A stretch of DNA of 55,827 nucleotides. Source: Nitrosomonadales bacterium. Its GTDB lineage: Bacteria; Pseudomonadota; Gammaproteobacteria; Burkholderiales; Gallionellaceae. Positions 32,103-42,229 of the stretch are shown here, one piece after another. Each line of letters begins with the position of its first letter. Position 1 is the first letter of the stretch. The notes beneath the pieces were generated by a model. It made no database searches. It was not told the origin of the DNA and saw nothing but the letters and a program-made list of their open reading frames with translations. The position numbers and the translations under genes are program-made. The stretch covers positions 1-55,827 of the forward strand of contig JACPVZ010000043.1 in assembly GCA_016197305.1 (NCBI GenBank), written 5' to 3'.

Positions 32103-32729
32103 TCACACCCAATAGGCAGTGCCGGTCATCACCTTGCTGTTCAGCTGCATCGCAGCCTGCACCGGCTGAGGCAACTCGGCGCCGCCCAGTGAAGTCGCCA
32201 TATCGGCATGGCTCACCTCATCGGTATACATCTGCGCGACGATGGCCCGGCTCTTTTCATCCTGAGCCGGCAATTTTTCCAAATGACTTTGCAAATGACG
32301 ACCGACTTGCCGCTCGGTCTCGGCGAGAAAACCGAGGTTCCATTTATCCCCCATCAGCCCGGCGACCGCGCCGATCGCCAGTGACCCTGTGTACCAGAAC
32401 GGATTCAACAGGCTGAGATGTCCGCCCAGCTCATGCACGCGCCGGGCGGTCCAGGCCAGATGCTCGGTCTCTTCCTGCGCCGCCTGCAGCAGCGTCTTTT
32501 GCACCACCGGATCGCGCGCCGTCAGCGCCTGCCCCTGATACAAGGCCTGCGCACAGATCTCGCCGCTGTGATTGACGCGCATCAGCGCCGCGGCACGTTT
32601 CTTCTCGGCATCGTCCATCGCGGCTTCAGGCAGGTCGGTGTCAGGATGGGGGCGCGCACTGTGCGCCTGACTGAACAGTGTACGCAGCCCCTTATCGAAT
32701 TCAATGATCAAACTGTCCAGATTCAACAT
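32103..32729 (-). CDS. coq7: Di-iron ubiquinone biosynthesis monooxygenase
   Basis: MRVNHSGEICAQALYQGQ, EETEH, ETERQV, DEVSH. Confidence 0.95.
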   Translation of the reverse strand: MLNLDSLIIEFDKGLRTLFSQAHSARPHPDTDLPEAAMDDAEKKRAAALMRVNHSGEICAQALYQGQALTARDPVVQKTLLQAAQEETEHLAWTARRVHELGGHLSLLNPFWYTGSLAIGAVAGLMGDKWNLGFLAETERQVGRHLQSHLEKLPAQDEKSRAIVAQMYTDEVSHADMATSLGGAELPQPVQAAMQLNSKVMTGTAYWV

Positions 32730-32749
32730 GACTCTCTCCCGGCTGACGA

Positions 32750-33538
32750 TCAGGCAAACACCTTGGCCAATTCTACACCCGGATCCGTCGCACGCATGAA
32801 CGCCTCGCCGACCAGGAAGGCATGCACGCCATGGCTGCGCATCAGCTGCACATCCGCGGCGTTGAGGATGCCGCTTTCAGTGACCACGATGCGCCCGTGC
32901 GGCATGCGCGGCAACAAGTCCAGCGTGGTTTGCAGACTCACCTCGAAAGTGCGCAGATTGCGGTTGTTTACGCCGATCAAGGGTGTAGTCAACTGCAACG
33001 CGGTATCCAGCTCTGCACCGTCATGCACCTCCACCAGCACTGCCATGCCCAGACTGTGCGCCAATGCCTCGAAGGCCTGCATCTGCGCCAGATCCAGCGC
33101 GGACGCAATCAACAGGATTGCATCCGCGCCCATCGCCCGCGCCTGATAGATCTGATACTCGTCCACGATGAAATCCTTGCGCAGCACCGGCAAGTCACAT
33201 GCCCCACGCGCCTGCTGCAGATAGGCGGCGCTGCCCTGAAAGAATTGCTCGTCGGTCAGCACCGACAGGCAGGCCGCACCATGCCGCGCATAACTTTGTG
33301 CGATCTCGGCCGGACGGAAATCCGCGCGCAGCACGCCCTTGCTCGGGCTGGCCTTTTTGATCTCGGCGATCACCGCCGCCTGCCCGGCAGCGATCTTGCC
33401 CCGTATCGCCCCGACGAAATCACGCGCAGCCACTGCCTGCTCGGCCTCGGCACGGACTGCAGCCAGCGACTTGATTGCTTGTGCAGCAGCCACTTCCTGC
33501 GCTTTCACGGCGAGTATTTTGTTGAGTATGTCTGACAT
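32750..33538 (-). CDS. trpC: Indole-3-glycerol phosphate synthase
   Basis: [42 protein letters not shown]. Confidence 0.97.
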   Translation of the reverse strand: MSDILNKILAVKAQEVAAAQAIKSLAAVRAEAEQAVAARDFVGAIRGKIAAGQAAVIAEIKKASPSKGVLRADFRPAEIAQSYARHGAACLSVLTDEQFFQGSAAYLQQARGACDLPVLRKDFIVDEYQIYQARAMGADAILLIASALDLAQMQAFEALAHSLGMAVLVEVHDGAELDTALQLTTPLIGVNNRNLRTFEVSLQTTLDLLPRMPHGRIVVTESGILNAADVQLMRSHGVHAFLVGEAFMRATDPGVELAKVFA

Positions 33539-33618
33539 CGCTGCATCTGCATTTAAGAAAGGCGCGCATTTTAGCACTTGGGGTAAAATGCGCCTCACCA
33601 CAAAATACCTGGAACATC

Positions 33619-34878
33619 ATGCACAGCATCAAACAATACATGCAGAGAGTCGGACAGGCGGCACGCTCGGCTGCCAGACTGATGGCGCAGGCAGACACGG
33701 CGACCAAGAATCGCGCGCTGGAAGCCATTGCTACAGCCATTCTGGACAATATGGCGCAGCTGATCACCGAAAACGCCAAGGACGTGGCCGCCGCGAAAAC
33801 ACACGACCTGGATGCCGCTTCGGTGGACAGACTCACGCTGACCGAGAAGACCATACGCGGCATGGCCGAGGGACTGCAACAGATCGCCACGCTGCCCGAC
33901 CTGATCGGCGCGATCAGCGACATGAGCTACCGACCCTCCGGCATCCAGGTCGGCAAGATGCGCGTGCCGCTCGGCGTAATCGGCATCATCTATGAATCTC
34001 GCCCCAATGTGACAGCGGATGCCGCCGGGCTGTGCCTGAAATCGGGCAATGCCGCAATCTTGCGCGGCGGATCGGAAGCCCTGCATTCCAATCAGGCCAT
34101 CGCCGCCTGTGTGCATGCCGGGCTGCGCGCCGCAGGCTTGCCCGAGACTGCGGTACAAGTCGTGAGCACCACCGACCGCGCGGCGGTGGGCGAACTGATC
34201 ACGATGAAGGAATACGTGGACGTGATCGTGCCGCGCGGCGGCAAGGGCCTGATCGAGCGCATCTCCGCAGAAGCCAGGGTGCCGGTCATCAAGCACCTGC
34301 ACGGCGTCTGCCATGTATATATCGACGACGAGGCCGACCTCGCGAAAGCCATCCGCATCGCCGACAACGCCAAGACCCATCGTTACGGCGTGTGCAATGC
34401 GATGGAGACCCTGCTGGTAAACGCAAACATCGCGGCCAAGGTATTGCCCGAATTGTGCAAGATCTACCTCGACAAGGGCGTGGAACTGCGCGGCGACGAG
34501 GTGGCACGCAAGCTGGTCGCGCAGATGAAGGCCGCGACCGAGGAAGACTGGCACACCGAATATCTCGCGCCTATCCTGAGCATCAAGGTGGTCGCCGACC
34601 TGGACGAAGCCATCGCGCACATCGCCACCTATGGCTCGCAGCACACCGACAGCATCGTCACCGAGAACTACAGCAAGGCGATGCGCTTCCTGCGCGAAGT
34701 GGATTCCAGCAGCGTGATGGTGAATGCCTCGACGCGCTTTGCCGACGGCTTCGAATATGGCTTGGGCGCCGAGATCGGCATTTCCACCGACAAGATCCAT
34801 GCGCGCGGTCCGGTCGGACTGGAAGGCCTGACGTCGCAGAAGTACATCGTGCTGGGCAGCGGGCAGATTCGTGTTTAG
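33619..34878 (+). CDS. proA: Gamma-glutamyl phosphate reductase
   Basis: [43 protein letters not shown]. Confidence 0.97.
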   Translation: MHSIKQYMQRVGQAARSAARLMAQADTATKNRALEAIATAILDNMAQLITENAKDVAAAKTHDLDAASVDRLTLTEKTIRGMAEGLQQIATLPDLIGAISDMSYRPSGIQVGKMRVPLGVIGIIYESRPNVTADAAGLCLKSGNAAILRGGSEALHSNQAIAACVHAGLRAAGLPETAVQVVSTTDRAAVGELITMKEYVDVIVPRGGKGLIERISAEARVPVIKHLHGVCHVYIDDEADLAKAIRIADNAKTHRYGVCNAMETLLVNANIAAKVLPELCKIYLDKGVELRGDEVARKLVAQMKAATEEDWHTEYLAPILSIKVVADLDEAIAHIATYGSQHTDSIVTENYSKAMRFLREVDSSSVMVNASTRFADGFEYGLGAEIGISTDKIHARGPVGLEGLTSQKYIVLGSGQIRV

Positions 34879-34893
34879 CCATCGACAGATGTG

Positions 34894-34954
34894 TGTAGGA
34901 GCCAGCTTGCTGGCGAAAATAGACATCATGTTCGCCAGCAAGCTGGCTCCTACA
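34894..34954. repeat. REP doublet (GTAG family), perfect 24-bp inverted repeat
   Basis: TGTAGGAGCCAGCTTGCTGGCGAA - 13 nt - TTCGCCAGCAAGCTGGCTCCTACA. Confidence 0.85.
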
Positions 34955-35023
34955 ATTAAACCCCGTTCAATTTAATCCGCGCGATCTGCGGATCAATGTT
35001 TTAACTATTTAGGGAAAATCAAT

Positions 35024-36787
35024 ATGAGCCAAACCATCGAAGTCACAGTGCCGGACATCGGCGATTTCAAGGACGTTGCCGTCATCGAAGTGTTTGTCAA
35101 AGCCGGTGACTCGGTAGAGGCCGAGCAATCGCTGATCACGTTGGAAACGGACAAGGCCGCGATGGAAGTGCCCAGCCCGGCCGCCGGGATCGTGAAGGCG
35201 CTCAAGGTCAAGGTCGGCGACAAGGTCTCGAAGGGCTCGCTGATCCTGCAGCTGGAAAGCAGCGCAGCCGCTGTAGCTCCTGCTGCAAAACCTGCCGCCA
35301 GCGCACCCACTTCTCAAGCCGCACCGGCAGTTGCACCGCACGCTGCACCGTCACCCGCGACCAAAGTAACTAAAGGTGATATCCATGCTGAGGTCGTCGT
35401 GCTTGGCGCAGGCCCCGGCGGCTATACCGCGGCGTTCCGCGCGGCCGACCTCGGCAAGCAGGTGGTGCTGATCGAGAAGCACGCCAGCCTCGGCGGCGTG
35501 TGCCTGAACGTCGGTTGCATCCCGTCCAAGGCACTGCTGCATGTCGCCAAGGTGATCAGCGAAGCGGAAGAAGTCGCGCATCACGGCGTGACATTCGCCA
35601 AGCCCAAGATCGACATCGACCAGATCCGCAGCTGGAAAGAAAGCGTGATCGGCAAGCTCACCGGCGGCCTCAGCGCACTGGCCAAACAGCGTAAGGTGCA
35701 AGTGGTGCGCGGCACCGCAAAGTTCACTTCGCCGAATAGCATCGCGGTGCAAACCGCCGAGGGCGAGAAAATCGTCAGTTTCGATACTGCGATCATCGCT
35801 GCCGGTTCCAGCGTGGCGCGCATCCCCGGCTTCCCTTACGACGATCCGCGCATCATCGACTCCACCGGCGCGCTGCAACTGCAGGACGTGCCCAAGCGCA
35901 TGCTGATCATCGGCGGCGGCATCATCGGCCTGGAAATGGCCACGGTGTACGACGCACTGGGCAGCAAGATCAGCGTCGTGGAGCTGGCCGACGGCCTGAT
36001 CCCCGGCGCGGATCGCGACATGGTGCGGCCGCTGCACAAGCGCATCGAGAAGCGTTACGAGGCGATCTACCTGAAGACCAAGGTCAACAAGATCGAAGCG
36101 ACCAAGCAAGGACTGAAAGTGCATTTCGAAGGCGAACAGGCGCCCGAACCCCAACTCTATGACCGCGTGCTGATGGCGGTCGGCCGCCGCCCCAATGGCC
36201 GCGAGATCGGTGCGGAGGCCGCCGGCGTGACGGTCAACGAGCGCGGCTTCATCCCGGTGAACATCCAGATGCGCACCAACGTGCCGCACATTTACGCGAT
36301 CGGCGACATCGTCGGCGACCCGATGCTGGCGCACAAGGCGGTGCATGAAGGCAAGGTGGCGGCGGAAGTCATCGCCGGGCACCACGCCGCGTTCGAGCCG
36401 CTGACCATTCCATCGGTGGCCTACACCGACCCGGAGATCGCATGGATGGGACTGACCGAGACACAGGCCAAGGCGAAAGGCATCGAATACGAGCGCGCCA
36501 ACTTCCCATGGGCCGCTTCCGGCCGCGCGCTGTCCGTCGGCCGCGAAGAGGGCGCGACCAAGTTGCTGCTCGACCCCAAGACGCGCCGCATCCTGGGTGC
36601 GGGCATCGTCGGGGTGAATGCCGGCGAACTGATCGCCGAGGCGGTGCTGGCGCTGGAGATGGGTGCGGACATGGAAGACATCGGCCTGACGATACACCCC
36701 CACCCCACCCTGTCGGAGACGCTGGGCTTTGCGGCAGAGATCGCCGAAGGCAGCATCACCGACCTGTACATGCCGAAGAAAAAGTAA
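35024..36787 (+). CDS. lpdA: Dihydrolipoyl dehydrogenase with N-terminal lipoyl domain
   Basis: VPDIGD..ETDKA lipoyl domain, Ala/Pro linker, [24 protein letters not shown]. Confidence 0.96.
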   Translation: MSQTIEVTVPDIGDFKDVAVIEVFVKAGDSVEAEQSLITLETDKAAMEVPSPAAGIVKALKVKVGDKVSKGSLILQLESSAAAVAPAAKPAASAPTSQAAPAVAPHAAPSPATKVTKGDIHAEVVVLGAGPGGYTAAFRAADLGKQVVLIEKHASLGGVCLNVGCIPSKALLHVAKVISEAEEVAHHGVTFAKPKIDIDQIRSWKESVIGKLTGGLSALAKQRKVQVVRGTAKFTSPNSIAVQTAEGEKIVSFDTAIIAAGSSVARIPGFPYDDPRIIDSTGALQLQDVPKRMLIIGGGIIGLEMATVYDALGSKISVVELADGLIPGADRDMVRPLHKRIEKRYEAIYLKTKVNKIEATKQGLKVHFEGEQAPEPQLYDRVLMAVGRRPNGREIGAEAAGVTVNERGFIPVNIQMRTNVPHIYAIGDIVGDPMLAHKAVHEGKVAAEVIAGHHAAFEPLTIPSVAYTDPEIAWMGLTETQAKAKGIEYERANFPWAASGRALSVGREEGATKLLLDPKTRRILGAGIVGVNAGELIAEAVLALEMGADMEDIGLTIHPHPTLSETLGFAAEIAEGSITDLYMPKKK

Positions 36788-36792
36788 GACTC

Positions 36793-36830
36793 CCTGTGCA
36801 GCGCCCCAGCAAGCAAGGACGCTGCACAGG
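36793..36830 (+). other. Intergenic hairpin after lpdA
   Basis: CCTGTGCAGCG..CGCTGCACAGG 11-bp inverted repeat, no T-run. Confidence 0.45.
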
Positions 36831-36848
36831 CAACCAAGGAGACCCGTC

Positions 36849-37655
36849 ATGTTCAAACATCATTTCATTCATGGTGTAGCTGCCGTATTTTTGACGCTCT
36901 CTTCGGCACAAGCAGTCGCCCTCGATCTGGGCAGCCTGGTCAACAAGGAGCAACTCGACAAGCTGAAGGGCGAGGCCGCAGGCAAGCCGGCCGCTCCAGC
37001 GGCAACACCCGCAGCAGTTCCAAGCGGCATCGGACTGGACAAGTTCAGCAACAAGGACCAGATCGGCAGCCTGAAACAGGCGCTGACCCAGGGCGCGGAA
37101 ACCGCGGTCGCCAATCTCGCCAAGGAGAACGGTTATCTCGGCAATCCCAAAGTGCGCATCCCTCTGCCGGAAAGCCTGCAAAAAGTGGATGGTGCGCTGC
37201 GCAAATTCGGCATGGGGAAATATGCCGACGAACTGGTCACCTCGATGAATCATGCCGCCGAAGCCGCGGTGCCGGAGGCGAAGGCGCTTCTGGTCGGCGC
37301 AGTCAAGAACATGACGATCGCAGATGCCAAGGGCATCCTCACCGGAAGCGAGGATGCCGCGACGCAATATTTCCGCAAGAACACCGAGGCTGCGCTGTCG
37401 GGAAAATTCAAGCCCATCGTCAACAAGTCGATGCAGAAGGTCAAGGTCGCCGAAAAATACGACCAGTTCGCCGGCAAGGGCGTGAAGTTCGGCCTGGTGA
37501 ACGAACAGGATGCCAAGCTCGACGACTACATCACCCGCAAGGCGATGGACGGTTTGTTCCTGATGATGGCTGAACAGGAAAAAGCGATACGCGCGAACCC
37601 GCTGGAAGCGACCGGCAACCTGGCGAAAAAGATCTTCTCGGCGATCAAGTTCTAA
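36849..37655 (+). CDS. DUF4197 family exported protein
   Basis: Signal peptide, GSLKQAL, GYLGNPKVRIPLP, MNHAAEAA, DAATQYF, EKAIRANP. Confidence 0.88.
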   Translation: MFKHHFIHGVAAVFLTLSSAQAVALDLGSLVNKEQLDKLKGEAAGKPAAPAATPAAVPSGIGLDKFSNKDQIGSLKQALTQGAETAVANLAKENGYLGNPKVRIPLPESLQKVDGALRKFGMGKYADELVTSMNHAAEAAVPEAKALLVGAVKNMTIADAKGILTGSEDAATQYFRKNTEAALSGKFKPIVNKSMQKVKVAEKYDQFAGKGVKFGLVNEQDAKLDDYITRKAMDGLFLMMAEQEKAIRANPLEATGNLAKKIFSAIKF

Positions 37656-37668
37656 CGCTCACTTTCGC

Positions 37669-38064
37669 ATGAGCGAGACCGCCAGCCTCTACTCGCTGTT
37701 CATCAGCAGCTTCCTCGCGGCCACGCTGTTGCCGGGCGGCTCGGAGGCGGTGCTGTTCGGCGTGCTCAAGGCTTATCCGGAAACGCTGTGGAGCACGCTG
37801 ATCATCGCCACGATCGGCAACACGCTGGGCGGCATGGTGAGCTTCGGCATGGGCTGGCTGCTGCCGCAGACCCAACAGCTCAAGCACGTGGAGAAACTGC
37901 GCCACTACGGGACGCCCGCACTGCTGCTTGCCTGGGTGCCGCTGATCGGCGATGCGCTGTGCCTGACGGCCGGCTGGCTGCGCCTGAACTGGTGGCAGGC
38001 GGCGCTGTTCATGGCTCTGGGGAAGTTCTTGCGCTATATGGCGATAGGCGTCGCGATTACCTGA
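37669..38064 (+). CDS. YqaA/DedA (VTT domain) membrane protein
   Basis: FLAATLLPGGSE, GNTLG, LLLAWVPLIGD, GKFLRY. Confidence 0.9.
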   Translation: MSETASLYSLFISSFLAATLLPGGSEAVLFGVLKAYPETLWSTLIIATIGNTLGGMVSFGMGWLLPQTQQLKHVEKLRHYGTPALLLAWVPLIGDALCLTAGWLRLNWWQAALFMALGKFLRYMAIGVAIT

Positions 38065-38095
38065 ACGAGCATACGGCTTCCCGCCCGGCCGTATT

Positions 38096-38524
38096 TCAGT
38101 GAGAAGAGGATTTGCCCACGTTTGATTTCCAGAATTTGCTCAGCAGCATCCGCCCCCGGGATTTGCTATCGCCGCTTTCCAGCCAATCCGCCTGGGACAG
38201 CTGATCGATCACGGTTTTGGAATGACTGGCGCAGGCCATCGACCAATCCGCGAACTCTCTGGAATGTATAGGTGTTTTGGCCAGCTGAATCAAGCCACGG
38301 TGGCGACGGTCCTTTTTTATCAGCTCGTAAACTTCGAGCAACCCTGCCTCATCGCCTTCCAGATATTGCATGAACGTGCCATGGCAATACAGCAACAAAC
38401 CGGTGATGTTTTTTTGTTCGTTCCGTCGCCTGGCCGCAAGCAGGATATGTTCGATATCGCCTTCCGTCATCGGATGCGATGCCGTGCTCAGGTACACGAT
38501 CGCTGTAAGCTTGTCGGTATTCAC
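38096..38524 (-). CDS. Stand-alone short BLUF blue-light sensor
   Basis: IVYLS, ARRRN..ITGLL, FMQYLEG, DRRH, REFADWSM; Tyr, Gln, Trp and Met all present; GTG start. Confidence 0.9.
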   Translation of the reverse strand: MNTDKLTAIVYLSTASHPMTEGDIEHILLAARRRNEQKNITGLLLYCHGTFMQYLEGDEAGLLEVYELIKKDRRHRGLIQLAKTPIHSREFADWSMACASHSKTVIDQLSQADWLESGDSKSRGRMLLSKFWKSNVGKSSSH

Positions 38525-38596
38525 GTTTTCAACAATTGCGAATCAACATCTGGTTAGGCTTTCCTGAAATCAGGGGCTCCGGGGGAATGTTCTCCG

Positions 38597-38788
38597 TCAG
38601 GCCGTCACGCTGATATTTGTGCCGATAGTCTGGCCGCTGGTATTGACGGTTGGTCCGATAGCCGCAACTTTGGCCGCGCCGTCGTCGCGGTCGCCGTCGT
38701 TCTCGCGCTCGCCACGCACTTCCGGAGCGCTCTGCTGAACGCGGTTCAACTGTGTATAGCTGTTGATTGAAACAGAGCTGACTGCCAT
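38597..38788 (-). CDS. Small low-complexity hypothetical protein (63 aa)
   Basis: AAGGA RBS and upstream TATAAT; ENDGDRDD core and C-terminal PTVNTSGQTIGTNISVTA. Confidence 0.6.
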   Translation of the reverse strand: MAVSSVSINSYTQLNRVQQSAPEVRGERENDGDRDDGAAKVAAIGPTVNTSGQTIGTNISVTA

Positions 38789-39041
38789 GGCTTTCATCCT
38801 TCAATTGATTGGGCACTGCTGCGCATTATAGCTGCGTCGCCGGTTTGGCGGGCAAATGCCCCCGTAAGGCAGGCAATCTGCTATAAAGTTGCATCCCATA
38901 CAAAAATCCTCACCAGTCCGGCAGGCAGGCCGGTGCCCCAAGGGGCTCAACGCATGCCTGGCACGTTGTGCATCGCTCCAACCAGCCCCCTTGAAACAGG
39001 ATACCCATATCCCAATTTCCGAAAACCAAAGGAGAACCGTC

Positions 39042-40172
39042 ATGACCATGAAGACATCCCCGATTCGCACCCGCCTGCTGCGCAACCTGTTCGCGGCAAC
39101 GATGGGCATCGTCTCGCTAGGTTTGTTGCTATCGCTGATTCCAAGCGCGGATGGCGCAGATGCAACGCCGCGCCCGATCACGCCACGCGGCGAACTGGCA
39201 GCGGATGAACAGGCCACGATCCATCTGTTCGAGAATTCCCGCGACTCGGTGGTCTACATCACCACCCGTGCACAGGTGCAGGACTTCTGGTCGCGCAACA
39301 TCTTCTCGGTCCCGCGCGGCACCGGATCGGGCTTCATCTGGGACGAAGCCGGCCATGTGGTCACCAACTACCATGTCATCGAGAATGCCAGCGAAGCCAC
39401 GATCAGGCTGGCCAACGGCAAGGACTACACCGCCAGCCTGGTAGGCGTCAGCCCGACGCACGACATCGCCGTGCTCAAAATAAAAGTTAGCCACAAGAGC
39501 TCGCCGCCGCTGCCGATCGGCACCAGCCACGATCTGAAGGTCGGGCAAAAGGTCTATGCGATCGGCAACCCGTTCGGCCTGGACTGGACGCTGACCAATG
39601 GCATCGTCTCCGCGCTGGACCGCTCGCTGACCGAAGAAAACGGCGTGACAGTCGAACATCTGATCCAGACCAATGCGGCGATCAACCCGGGCAATTCCGG
39701 GGGCCCGCTGCTCGATTCCGCCGGGCGACTGATCGGCATCAACACCGCGATCTACAGTCCGAGCGGCGCCAGTGCCGGCATCGGCTTCGCAGTACCGGTA
39801 GACACCGTGAACCGCGTCGTGCCGCAATTGATACGCAACGGCAAATACACACGTGCCGCACTGGGCATCGATATCGACGAGGACCTCAACCGGCGCTTGA
39901 CCGCGATGCTGGACATCAAGGGTATCGTGATCCTGCGCGTACCCTCCGGTTCATCAGCCGCGGCGGCCGGATTGACCGGGGTCAGCGCCACACGGAATGG
40001 CAACATCATACCCGGCGACATCATCACCGCGATCGAAGGAAAACCGGTGGAGAGCGTGAGCAAGCTGATTGCGCGCCTGGATGATTTCGCGGTAGGCGAC
40101 AAGGTCAGGGTCACCGTGATGCGTCAGGGGAAAAGCCGTGAGGTACAGGTGACGCTACAGGCGGGAGGATGA
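39042..40172 (+). CDS. Trypsin-like serine protease with PDZ domain (HtrA/DegP/HhoA family)
   Basis: GTGSGF, TNYHV, DIAVL, AINPGNSGGPL, one C-terminal PDZ; AAGGAG RBS. Confidence 0.93.
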   Translation: MTMKTSPIRTRLLRNLFAATMGIVSLGLLLSLIPSADGADATPRPITPRGELAADEQATIHLFENSRDSVVYITTRAQVQDFWSRNIFSVPRGTGSGFIWDEAGHVVTNYHVIENASEATIRLANGKDYTASLVGVSPTHDIAVLKIKVSHKSSPPLPIGTSHDLKVGQKVYAIGNPFGLDWTLTNGIVSALDRSLTEENGVTVEHLIQTNAAINPGNSGGPLLDSAGRLIGINTAIYSPSGASAGIGFAVPVDTVNRVVPQLIRNGKYTRAALGIDIDEDLNRRLTAMLDIKGIVILRVPSGSSAAAAGLTGVSATRNGNIIPGDIITAIEGKPVESVSKLIARLDDFAVGDKVRVTVMRQGKSREVQVTLQAGG

Positions 40173-40192
40173 CGCAAAACCTCTAGCGACGC

Positions 40193-40840
40193 TCACTCGA
40201 CCGATTCCATCGGCGCCCTGGACAAATGAGTCTGGCCATCCCAAACCTCCAGATGCCAGCCTTGCCCATCGCCACCCGGAAGATCGCAGCGGAACCAGTT
40301 CAGCGCACAGTTGGGAATGGCGAAATCGCGCGGGGCATGCAGCGCCCTGCCGGTCGCCTTGCGGTACACGATGTCCAGCACACCCGCATGACAGACCACG
40401 GCGATAGTCTGGCCGCTGTGCTGCCTGACCATCCACTCGACCGCCTCGGTCACGCGCTGCGCAAGCCCCAGCAGGCTTTCACCGGTCTCGAAACCGTAGT
40501 TCAGATCGCGCCCCTTGTAATGCGCATAGGCCTCGGGATAGCGCTGCGCGGCCTCATCCGCGGTGAGCCCCTGGAATATCCCGAAATGACGTTCGCGCAG
40601 TTGCGCTAATTTTATGACCTCAAGACCGCCTCTTGCCGCGACCGCCTGCGCGGTATCGAACGCACGGCTCAGGTCGCTGCTGTAGATCGCGCTGAAATCG
40701 TAATGGGCCGAATTGGCCGCCATCGCCTGCGCCTGCGCATGCCCGGTCTCGTTGAGCGGGATGTCGGTCTGGCCCTGGATGCGCCTGGTCGCATTCCAGT
40801 CGGTCTCGCCGTGGCGGATGAGGCAGATACGGGTAGACAT
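40193..40840 (-). CDS. Histidine phosphatase superfamily protein (GpmB-like)
   Basis: LIRHGETDWN, SSDLSRA, LRERHFG, GES, VCHAG. Confidence 0.9.
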   Translation of the reverse strand: MSTRICLIRHGETDWNATRRIQGQTDIPLNETGHAQAQAMAANSAHYDFSAIYSSDLSRAFDTAQAVAARGGLEVIKLAQLRERHFGIFQGLTADEAAQRYPEAYAHYKGRDLNYGFETGESLLGLAQRVTEAVEWMVRQHSGQTIAVVCHAGVLDIVYRKATGRALHAPRDFAIPNCALNWFRCDLPGGDGQGWHLEVWDGQTHLSRAPMESVE

Positions 40841-40958
40841 GGTCGTATCAGATTATCATGGAACTAATTTTTCTGTTGTCAGCCCAATCGGCTCCTTGAA
40901 AAAAAGCTCCCAGCGAACCATCATCCATCCCTGACTAAAGGCAATCGAAAAAGATCCC

Positions 40959-41939
40959 ATGCGCCACCTTGTTCTCAAAATCCTATTGATCGGCATGATT
41001 TTATTTGGATGCGGCATAACCATTCAAGCAAATGCCGAACTTGCCGAGCCTCAAAACATGCCGAAATCACGCGCTACAACGAACCAGTCTCAAACGACAG
41101 TGAAACCCGGCACAACATTTGTCGATTGCGAAAATTGCCCGGAGATGGTCGTTATCCCCGCGGGGGAATTCATGATGGGCTCGAAAAACGCCGAAACCGG
41201 ACGCCAGGGCAATGAATCACCGGCTCATCAAGTAGGCATAGCAAGGCCATTCGCGCTCGGAAAATTCGAAATCACCCGGAAGCAATTCGCATTATTTGTT
41301 AACGAAACCGGGTATACCCTGACCCCAGGATGCTGGGCGATAGAAGGCGGAAAATACACGGATAGCGAGGTGCTGAACTGGCGCGACACCGGCTATCCCC
41401 AACAGGATGACCACCCTGCCGCATGCATCAGCTGGAACGACGCAAAAGCCTACACCGAGTGGCTGTCTCAAAAGACCGGCAAGAATTATCGGCTGCCTAG
41501 TGAGGCCGAGTGGGAATATGCAGCACGAGGCAATACCACCTCAGCACGTTACTGGGGAGACAATCCGGATCAAGCCTGTGACTATGCAAATGTGATGGAC
41601 AAGACCGGCAGGACTATTGTCCCCGGCGTGCAGTGGGGACACGACTGTGCAGATGGTTTCGCTTATACCGCCCCAGTGGGCGGCAAGAAACCGAATCCGT
41701 TTGGGTTATATGACATGCTGGGAAATGTCTGGGAATGGACAGCAGACCGTTACCACGACAACTACAACGGTGCGCCCGATAACGGCAGCGCTTGGACGAA
41801 CGGTGGCAAGGATCGCGTGCTTCGTGGCGGCTCCTGGCTAAACAGGGACGCTCATGTTCGCGCCGCCGAACGTAATCCGGATGAGGCGACCGATCACGAC
41901 AACTTCACCGGCTTTCGTGTCGCCAGAACACTTCCATGA
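40959..41939 (+). CDS. Exported FGE-sulfatase (SUMF1-like) domain protein
   Basis: CPEMVVIPAGEFMMGS, RLPSEAEWEYAAR, NPFGLYDMLGNVWEW, RGGSW, GFRVA; signal peptide. Confidence 0.9.
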   Translation: MRHLVLKILLIGMILFGCGITIQANAELAEPQNMPKSRATTNQSQTTVKPGTTFVDCENCPEMVVIPAGEFMMGSKNAETGRQGNESPAHQVGIARPFALGKFEITRKQFALFVNETGYTLTPGCWAIEGGKYTDSEVLNWRDTGYPQQDDHPAACISWNDAKAYTEWLSQKTGKNYRLPSEAEWEYAARGNTTSARYWGDNPDQACDYANVMDKTGRTIVPGVQWGHDCADGFAYTAPVGGKKPNPFGLYDMLGNVWEWTADRYHDNYNGAPDNGSAWTNGGKDRVLRGGSWLNRDAHVRAAERNPDEATDHDNFTGFRVARTLP

Positions 41940-41957
41940 CCTGGAGGATCAATAACC

Positions 41958-42209
41958 TCAGCGCCATAGTAGTGCGCGGCGTCTGGAACAGGACCAACCG
42001 TGCCAGAAACAGCCGTCCACAAACACAACAATCCGCTCGCGCCTGAATGTGAAATCCGGTTTGCCTATCAGTTTCTGGTTGCGCCGCCAGCCGGTGATGC
42101 CGTGCTCGCGGAAAATTTCGATCAGGCGCAACTCCGTCGCTTTGTTGCCGCGCGAGCGGATCAGCGACATCACTTCGGAACGCTTTTGTTTGCTCCAAAT
42201 ATCGCTCAA
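41958..42209 (-). pseudogene. vsr: Very short patch repair endonuclease, C-terminally truncated
   Basis: D..KRSEVMSLIRS, GKPDF, VFVDGCFWHG, then similarity is lost and a stop follows at 83 aa (Vsr is normally ~130-155 aa). Confidence 0.8.
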
Positions 42210-42229
42210 AACTTCACCGGCTCAACCAT

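Noticed and set aside
32027-34954. Palindromic repeats as CRISPR repeats
   Set aside because: They are inverted doublets, not direct repeats with spacers, and there are no cas genes
41815-41939. FGE-sulfatase C-terminus (RGGSW..GFRVA) as a diversity-generating retroelement variable region
   Set aside because: The fold is a common DGR target, but I found no template repeat, reverse transcriptase or avd gene in the window; a remote DGR cannot be excluded without a genome search
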